This document shows positions 1 to 5,917 of a stretch of 58,600 nt of DNA, piece by piece. The stretch spans positions 1 to 58,600 of the IMG/VR virus record IMGVR_UViG_3300011114_000862; one strand, 5' to 3'. The DNA comes from a virus. Its lineage: Duplodnaviria > Caudoviricetes. Under the pieces are notes generated by a model that did not search any database, was not told where the DNA came from, and was given only the letters and a program-made list of their open reading frames with translations. Within the stretch, counting starts at the first letter, position 1, and every line of letters starts with the position of its first letter. A program made the translations under genes and the position numbers.

Positions 1-150
1 GTTTAATACTCTTATTATACCTTGTTTAATACTCTTATTATACCTTGTTTAATACTCTTATTATACCTTGTTTAATACTCTTATTATACCTTGTTTAATA
101 CTCTTATTATACCTTGTTTAATACTCTTATTATACCTTGTTTAATACTCT
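1..150. repeat. Perfect 23-bp tandem array (GTTTAATACTCTTATTATACCTT x6.5), truncated by window start
   Basis: Identical units start at 1, 24, 47, 70, 93, 116, with a partial unit at 139-150; no spacers. Confidence 0.97.
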
Positions 151-176
151 ATTTTCTTGTCGTCTAAGGCGGTATA

Positions 177-205
177 AGAATACCACAGCACTGTATAATT
201 GTCAA
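177..205 (-). promoter_or_regulatory. Sigma70-type promoter pointing into the 23-bp array
   Basis: Minus strand TTGACA (205-200), 17 nt, TATTCT (182-177). Confidence 0.65.
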
Positions 206-232
206 TACCCCCAGTAAAACCTACATATTTCC

Positions 233-259
233 CACATAAATCACATAAATCACATAGAT
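233..259. repeat. 9-bp tandem repeat CACATAAAT x3 (third is CACATAGAT)
   Basis: Units at 233, 242, 251. Confidence 0.8.
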
Positions 260-269
260 TTGAAATTAT

Positions 270-277
270 TATAAATA
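270..277 (+). promoter_or_regulatory. T4-type late promoter TATAAATA
   Basis: Exact T4 late consensus, with no ORF downstream. Confidence 0.55.
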
Positions 278-300
278 ATAACATCTAAGATATTCATAGA

Positions 301-402
301 GCAGCACTTGAACTCTCCTACGGGACCAAGAGGTAACAATCTGACAGGGTAGACGAGATACTTTATATAATAACAAGAGGGAGTTAGTACGCGGTCTCCG
401 GC
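301..402 (+). ncRNA. Candidate structured, pseudoknotted ncRNA
   Basis: GC-richer island; AACTCTC (311-317) pairs with GGGAGTT (379-385); loop CGGGACC (321-327) pairs with GGTCTCCG (393-400); follows TATAAATA. Confidence 0.4.
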
Positions 403-571
403 TCAATAAAATCGTTGGTATAACAAGGTTATATCAGTAATCAGTCTAAGTGATAACAATACAGTTGTAGTTAATAAAGCAAAAGACCCCCTTAGTGGTC
501 TGATAGAAACTCTTTTCTAAAATCATATAGAATAGAGTGATTTTGTTGTATCATCATATATTCCTTTACGA

Positions 572-600
572 TTGACATACACAATAAATTGTGCTATTGT
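572..600 (+). promoter_or_regulatory. Sigma70-type promoter with palindrome in the spacer
   Basis: TTGACA (572-577), 17 nt, TATTGT (595-600); CACAAT-AA-ATTGTG at 580-593. Confidence 0.5.
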
Positions 601-612
601 TCGTCATGTAAT

Positions 613-1040
613 ACTTCGTGTATTACATTTTACATTTCACAATTCACTTCGTTATTATGTCAGTAAATATCTCATAAACTTCGTTATTCAATTATACCGA
701 GGTTTTACTTCGTGTATCTTCAAGTAATTTATATACTTACTTCGTTATACTGACAAATACTTAGTATTGGATTACAATGAAAGATTGGTCTTTAATGGTT
801 AGATATCAAATAACAAAAAGTATCATACCCTAGGGGGGTATAGTAATTCTAATCAATCGGAGCAGTTAACACTTCGTGTATGTTATCCATAAGGTATTCT
901 AATGCCCCTCACAGTTTGTGTTAGTATTAGAAAATATTATTATATCTAACAGTCCATTCTTAATTATCACATACCCTAGGGGGGTATGGTAATTCTAATC
1001 AAACAGTAGTGTGTATAAACTAGCACGAACACTTCGTTAT
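613..1040 (+). repeat. Seven dispersed ACTTCGTTAT / ACTTCGTGTAT motifs
   Basis: Copies at 613, 646, 678, 707, 739, 871, 1031, all in the same orientation. Confidence 0.85.
824..1002. repeat. 33-bp direct repeat pair CATACCCTAGGGGGGTATRGTAATTCTAATCAA with internal hairpin
   Basis: Copies at 824-856 and 970-1002 with one mismatch; ATACCC/GGGTAT stem. Confidence 0.9.
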
Positions 1041-1070
1041 TACAATTAAACAGTGGTGTTTAATTGTAAT
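1039..1070. other. Perfect 14-bp inverted repeat (hairpin or cruciform)
   Basis: ATTACAATTAAACA-GTGG-TGTTTAATTGTAAT. Confidence 0.85.
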
Positions 1071-1303
1071 TGACAGTTATATTGTATTGTTGATGATTGT
1101 TATTATAAACCGTTGGTGGTTATAAAAACGCGGGTCCCTTGTAAGCTATAAACCTTCACCTGAGAGAGTGTTAATATCAAAGACATTAAAAAAATTTTTC
1201 AGATTACAAAATCAACTAAAAAACCATTTTAGTATAAAAAAATTTTACAAGTAAAAAATCAAATTAAATATATAAAACTCAGGGCACAAACAACAAGAGA
1301 ATT

Positions 1304-1456
1304 ATGAAATTAGAGTTCGACGAATATGAGAGAGATATTCTCATAGAAACCATTCAACATAGGTTAGAGACAGATGAGGATTTAATTCTCTCAGAGAGTA
1401 GAAAGGACGAAATACAAGAACTACTTCGTAAAATAGAAGAAGATGAATACTTATGA
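1304..1456 (+). CDS. Small acidic hypothetical protein, 50 aa (not in ORF track)
   Basis: MKLEFDEYERDILIETIQHRLETDEDLILSESRKDEIQELLRKIEEDEYL*; purine-rich leader. Confidence 0.7.
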   Translation: MKLEFDEYERDILIETIQHRLETDEDLILSESRKDEIQELLRKIEEDEYL

Positions 1457-1604
1457 TGTATCAGTAAAGGGAAGAAAAGTTTTAACCGAGGTTGCATCAC
1501 ATAAACTTGAAGATGAATTAAAAATACTTCGAGGGATAGTATGGACCACGGGTGGATCTAATGAAGATATACAAGTCACAATAAATAATCCAACCACTAC
1601 TTGA
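1443..1604 (+). CDS. Small hypothetical protein, 53 aa (not in ORF track)
   Basis: MNTYDVSVKGRKVLTEVASHKLEDELKILRGIVWTTGGSNEDIQVTINNPTTT*; overlaps the preceding ORF's end. Confidence 0.65.
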   Translation: MNTYDVSVKGRKVLTEVASHKLEDELKILRGIVWTTGGSNEDIQVTINNPTTT

Positions 1605-1647
1605 CTTGGGGTGGTATAATATATTAGTAATACGAAAAAGAAAATTT

Positions 1648-2403
1648 ATGGCAAAAGGATTTACAGTAAAAGCAAAGGCACCTGAGGTAGCAAAATCTTC
1701 CGAGGGTGATTTCAATTTAGCAGAAGCAAAGGAAAGAATTCGAGGGAAGTCAATAGTATTTTGTCTTCCTGGTCGTGGGGTATCATATACTTATTTGAAA
1801 AGTTTTGTTCAATTATGTTTTGATATAGTACAATCAGGAGCAAGCATTCAGATTTCACAAGATTATTCATCGATGGTAAATTTTGCCCGATGTAAGTGTT
1901 TAGGAGCAAATGTTCTCAGAGGACCTAAGCAGAAACCTTGGGATGGGAAATTACAGTATGATTATCAATTATGGATTGATAGTGATATTGTATTTGATAC
2001 CGAGAAGTTTTATCGTCTTGTAGCTATGGATAAAGACATTGCAGCAGGATGGTATTGTACAGAAGATGGACACACTACTTCAGTTGCTCATTGGTTGGAA
2101 GAAGAGGATTTTAGAGGTAATGGAGGAGTAATGAATCATGAAACCTTAGATAGTATTCAGAAGAGACGGAAGCCATTTACAGTAGATTATACTGGATTTG
2201 GATGGGTACTTATTAAGAATGGTGTATTTGAGAATCTAGAATATCCTTGGTTTGCACCTAAGATGCAAGTCTTTGAATCTGGTGAGGTTCAAGATATGTG
2301 TGGAGAGGATGTATCATTCTGTTTAGATGCAAAGGATGCAGGATATGAAATTTGGTGTGACCCACAGATTCGTGTAGGACATGAGAAGACTAGAGTACTT
2401 TGA
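1648..2403 (+). CDS. Putative GT-A (GT2-like) glycosyltransferase-fold protein
   Basis: Start reassigned to ATG 1648 (MAKGF...); DxD motif WIDSD, VDYTGFGWVLI, GEDVSFC, VGHEK. Confidence 0.7.
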   Translation: MAKGFTVKAKAPEVAKSSEGDFNLAEAKERIRGKSIVFCLPGRGVSYTYLKSFVQLCFDIVQSGASIQISQDYSSMVNFARCKCLGANVLRGPKQKPWDGKLQYDYQLWIDSDIVFDTEKFYRLVAMDKDIAAGWYCTEDGHTTSVAHWLEEEDFRGNGGVMNHETLDSIQKRRKPFTVDYTGFGWVLIKNGVFENLEYPWFAPKMQVFESGEVQDMCGEDVSFCLDAKDAGYEIWCDPQIRVGHEKTRVL

Positions 2404-2530
2404 AGTTGTTACACAATTTAATATGAGTATTATCGTCTAAACGAAATATATCTCATTATATCTTGTTATAATTTCAAATAATGTTAAAAGATATAACTTT
2501 GAAATTATTCAAACTACTGATATAATACTT

Positions 2531-2577
2531 AGATAAATCTCTAAGGAATTTCGAAAGAGTTTTCTTAGAGATTTTCT
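2531..2577 (+). other. Long hairpin with GAAA tetraloop
   Basis: AAATCTCTAAGGAATTTC-GAAA-GAGTTTTCTTAGAGATTT, with G-U pairs and one mismatch. Confidence 0.7.
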
Positions 2578-2587
2578 ATTATGAGAT

Positions 2588-2665
2588 TTATGTGCGTTCT
2601 TATGAACCTTATGAACCTTATGAACCTTATGAACCTTATGAACCTTATGAACCTTATGTGCGTTC
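2588..2665. repeat. TTATGAACC x6 flanked by 12-bp direct repeats TTATGTGCGTTC
   Basis: Flanks at 2588-2599 and 2654-2665; six perfect 9-mers at 2600-2653. Confidence 0.95.
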
Positions 2666-2692
2666 CTAACCTTAAAACACTGGAGAAGACAA

Positions 2693-2821
2693 ATGAACAA
2701 AAAGGGATTAAAACTTGATATTATTACAAAGAATACTAGGCAAGGTAGTGGTAAGAATACTAAATATGCATCAACTAGTAGAAACAAATCGAGAAAAAAA
2801 TATAGAGGTCAAGGACGATAG
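2693..2821 (+). CDS. Small very basic protein, 42 aa, ending KKYRGQGR (not in ORF track)
   Basis: GGAG SD at 2682; MNKKGLKLDIITKNTRQGSGKNTKYASTSRNKSRKKYRGQGR*; terminator follows. Confidence 0.8.
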   Translation: MNKKGLKLDIITKNTRQGSGKNTKYASTSRNKSRKKYRGQGR

Positions 2822-2850
2822 CAATATTTAAATCTAACTATTAAAATATG

Positions 2851-2878
2851 AACCCATCTTAACTAGATGGGTTTTTTT
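2851..2878 (+). terminator. Intrinsic terminator
   Basis: AACCCATCT-TAACT-AGATGGGTT plus T-tract. Confidence 0.85.
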
Positions 2879-2915
2879 AATTAAATAAATAACAAATATA
2901 GGAGTTTTATGTAAA

Positions 2916-3257
2916 TTGGATAAATTCTCAATGGGGACTCATCTACTATTAGAAATATATGATGTTGATCATACACTTCTAAATTTACCATCCCCACTGC
3001 TAAGAGTACTGCATGATAGTATTACTCGTGCTAAAATGACAATTTTGAATACTTTTATTCATAGTTTTGATCCTCAAGGATTAACTATAGTAATTGTTCT
3101 TTCAGAAAGTCATTGCTCTTTACATTCTTGGCCTGAACGTGGATGTGTAGCAATTGATGTATATACTTGTGGAGAAGGTAATCCAAAAATTATTGCAATT
3201 GAATTGTTAAAGTATTTCAATTCGAATAATTATCATCTTAGAGAATTAGAAAGATAG
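2916..3257 (+). CDS. speD: S-adenosylmethionine decarboxylase proenzyme family (pyruvoyl-dependent)
   Basis: GTHLLLEIY, HSFDPQGLT, self-cleavage motif LSESH, HSWPE, DVYTCG. Confidence 0.92.
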   Translation: MDKFSMGTHLLLEIYDVDHTLLNLPSPLLRVLHDSITRAKMTILNTFIHSFDPQGLTIVIVLSESHCSLHSWPERGCVAIDVYTCGEGNPKIIAIELLKYFNSNNYHLRELER

Positions 3258-3264
3258 ATAGTGT

Positions 3265-3285
3265 AAGGAGATGGAACCTCCTTTT
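3265..3285 (+). terminator. Hairpin / possible weak terminator after speD
   Basis: AAGGAG-ATGGAAC-CTCCTT followed by TT. Confidence 0.45.
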
Positions 3286-3325
3286 CTAAAAGTTCTTAAT
3301 ATAGAACCTATTAAGAGAGATTACA

Positions 3326-3589
3326 ATGGCAAATTTACCCGTAGATAGAGATTCAAATTACATGAAGAGTATGTGGGGAACCACTAGACTAATAACTGAT
3401 TATTATACAGATGATAAGAAAGTTATTCAGGAAGTTTTACATGATCTTGCTCCTCCTCATAAATTATATAAACAGAATGAACTTCATGAAAAAATTCGTA
3501 ATGATGTAGATTATGATGATTGGGAATATGGTACTGAACCAGTTTATAATATTAACACTAAATCAGATAAAACTACAATAATAATGTAA
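3326..3589 (+). CDS. Hypothetical phage protein, 87 aa
   Basis: ATG with AGAGAG leader; lies between speD and gp25. Confidence 0.8.
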   Translation: MANLPVDRDSNYMKSMWGTTRLITDYYTDDKKVIQEVLHDLAPPHKLYKQNELHEKIRNDVDYDDWEYGTEPVYNINTKSDKTTIIM

Positions 3590-3622
3590 ATAAATATTAT
3601 TGATTCAACTCAATTATAAATA

Positions 3623-4024
3623 ATGGCACTTCGGATCTCAAGATCTTTTAAAGATATTAGTTTATCTTTTACTAGACATCCAATTACAAATGATATTTCT
3701 ATCTTGAAAAATGAAGATGCCATTAAAAAATCAGTTATGAATTTGGTGAAAACACAACTAGGTGAAAGATTTTTTAATAGTATATTGGGATCTTCAGTAT
3801 CGAATTCACTTTTCGAATTACATTCAGATGAGATCTCTATTATTTTAGATACTGAGATTAAAACTTTATTAGAAAATTTTGAATCTAGAGTTAAATTACT
3901 TGAATTTAGTATTACTTCCACTGAAGATGCACATGAGTTAGAAGTTTATATCTCATATGAGATTATTGGACAACCAATTCCTACTCAAAATATAGAGTTT
4001 ATTTTACAGCCAACTAGAGTTTAA
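3623..4024 (+). CDS. gp25: Baseplate wedge subunit gp25
   Basis: FKDISLSFTRHPITND, AIKKSVMNLV, GERFF, ESRV motifs; upstream of gp6. Confidence 0.9.
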   Translation: MALRISRSFKDISLSFTRHPITNDISILKNEDAIKKSVMNLVKTQLGERFFNSILGSSVSNSLFELHSDEISIILDTEIKTLLENFESRVKLLEFSITSTEDAHELEVYISYEIIGQPIPTQNIEFILQPTRV

Positions 4025-4026
4025 TA

Positions 4027-5916
4027 ATGTCTCTCAATCAATTTACAAATTTAGATTTTAATAATCTAAAAACTCAACTTAAAGATTATTTAAGATCTAA
4101 TAGTAATTTCACTGATTTTGATTTTGAAGGTTCAAATTTCTCTGTGCTGGTTGATATATTAGCATATAATAGTTACATAAATTCATTTAATGCCAATATG
4201 GCAGTCAATGAATCTTTTTTAGATAGTGCAACTTTAAGAGAAAATGTAGTTTCATTAGTTAGGAATATTGGATATGTTCCTAGATCTAAACGATCTGCAG
4301 TTGCAAAAGTTTCTTTTACAGTTGATGTATCTACATTTGAATATAGACCTAAGACGATTACACTCAAATCTGGAGTTGTAGCATTAGGTTCAGTTCAAAA
4401 TGGAAATTATATATTTTCAATTCCCGATGATATTGTACAGAAAGTAGATAATGATGGTATTGCTTATTTTACAGATATTTCAATATATGAGGGATCACTA
4501 CTAACAAAGACTTTTGTAGTGGATAATACAAATCCTAGGCAGACATTTATACTTCCAAATCCAAGTATTGATACTACAACAATTAGAGTTTCGGTTACAG
4601 GAACATCTAAAGAAAAGTATGAATTATATCAAAATATATTTAAAGTAGATTCAAATTCAAAATTATTTTTAATTCAAGAAATTGAAGATGAAAAATATCA
4701 AATTCTTTTTGGTGATAATATTATAGGTAAAAAACCAATAAATGGAAGTTCAATATTAACTTCATATATTGTAACCAATGGTGCTTCTGCAAATGGTGCA
4801 TATAGATTCACTTTTTCAGGAATATTGAAAGATAATACTGACACAACCGTAACTAGTGGAATATCCATACTGCAGACATTATCTTCAGCAGCAAATGGAG
4901 ATGATATTGAATCCACAGAATCTGTTAAATATCTTGCACCTAGAGTATATTCATCACAATATAGAGCAGTAACTGCAAATGATTATAAAGGACTTATACC
5001 ATTCTTATTCTCAAATGTAGAGTCTGTTGTTGCATATGGAGGAGAGGAATTAAATCCTCCAGAATATGGAAAGGTATATATTGCAATTAAACCTAGACAA
5101 GGATATTTCATTTCAGAGATTACTAAAACAGATATTAAGAGAAAATTAAAAGATTACTCTATTGCAGGAATTAAACCTGAAATAGTTGATTTAAAATATC
5201 TATATGTAGAGTTAGATATTACTGCATATTATAATTCAAATCTAACATCATCTTCGGCAAATGTTATAACTAAGGTTCGCAATACTATAGACGCATATAG
5301 CAATTCAACTGATGTAAATAGTTTTGCAGGAAGATTTAAATATAGTAAAGTTTGTGGATTAATTGATAATTCAGATATATCAATCACATCAAACATAACA
5401 AAAGTTAAAATGAGAAGAAATCTAATACCAACTTTAAATAAAGTTGCAATATATGAATTATGTTTTGGAAATGAATTTCATGTATCTAAGAAAAATTCAA
5501 TCGATGGTAATGGATACAATATTAAGTCAAGTGGATTTACAATTGATGGAAATCTCAATACTCTGTATATGAGTGATGTACCAATAAATAGTACTACTGG
5601 AACAGTATTCTTTTTTAAACTTGAAGGTGGAATTCCAGTAACAGTAATTGCAAATGCAGGAACTGTTTATTATCCAAATGGTGAGATTATATTAAATGCA
5701 ATAACATTTACAAGTTCTGTAAGAGAAAATGGAATTGAAGTTCAGGCAATTCCTGAGTCAAATGATGTCATTGGAACTAAGGATACATACTTAGAAATAG
5801 ATAATTCAAATATTAATATAACTACTATTGAAGATATCATATCATCCGGAGAAAATCTAGCCGCAACTAGATATATCACAACATCAAGTTACACTAACGA
5901 AAATTATATAAGATAA
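4027..5916 (+). CDS. gp6: Baseplate wedge subunit gp6
   Basis: FTDFDFEGSN, ESFLDSATLRENVVS, QYRAVTANDY, PPEYGKVYIAIKP. Confidence 0.93.
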   Translation: MSLNQFTNLDFNNLKTQLKDYLRSNSNFTDFDFEGSNFSVLVDILAYNSYINSFNANMAVNESFLDSATLRENVVSLVRNIGYVPRSKRSAVAKVSFTVDVSTFEYRPKTITLKSGVVALGSVQNGNYIFSIPDDIVQKVDNDGIAYFTDISIYEGSLLTKTFVVDNTNPRQTFILPNPSIDTTTIRVSVTGTSKEKYELYQNIFKVDSNSKLFLIQEIEDEKYQILFGDNIIGKKPINGSSILTSYIVTNGASANGAYRFTFSGILKDNTDTTVTSGISILQTLSSAANGDDIESTESVKYLAPRVYSSQYRAVTANDYKGLIPFLFSNVESVVAYGGEELNPPEYGKVYIAIKPRQGYFISEITKTDIKRKLKDYSIAGIKPEIVDLKYLYVELDITAYYNSNLTSSSANVITKVRNTIDAYSNSTDVNSFAGRFKYSKVCGLIDNSDISITSNITKVKMRRNLIPTLNKVAIYELCFGNEFHVSKKNSIDGNGYNIKSSGFTIDGNLNTLYMSDVPINSTTGTVFFFKLEGGIPVTVIANAGTVYYPNGEIILNAITFTSSVRENGIEVQAIPESNDVIGTKDTYLEIDNSNINITTIEDIISSGENLAATRYITTSSYTNENYIR

Positions 5917-5917
5917 T

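Noticed and set aside
1-150. CRISPR array
   Set aside because: Repeats are head-to-tail with no spacers, and there are no cas genes in the window
484-512. Hammerhead ribozyme core (CTGATAGAAAC)
   Set aside because: Does not match CUGANGA..GAAA with a stem II, and flanking stems cannot be built
613-748. Degenerate mini-CRISPR (10-11-nt repeats with ~20-nt linkers)
   Set aside because: Repeats are far shorter than CRISPR repeats and the spacing is variable; kept only as a motif array
1070-1098. TTGACA promoter after the 14-bp palindrome
   Set aside because: No acceptable -10 at proper spacing
1601-1620. TTGACT..TATAAT promoter for the GT-like gene
   Set aside because: Only 8 nt between the hexamers; no good -10 at 16-18 nt
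2509-2787. Minus-strand ORF with HKV repeats
   Set aside because: Open frame is a by-product of the 9-bp repeat and is antisense to a better-supported + strand gene with SD and terminator
3615-3622. TATAAATA as the gp25 promoter
   Set aside because: It abuts the ATG, so transcription would start inside the gene; ATAAATA at 3590-3596 is more plausible
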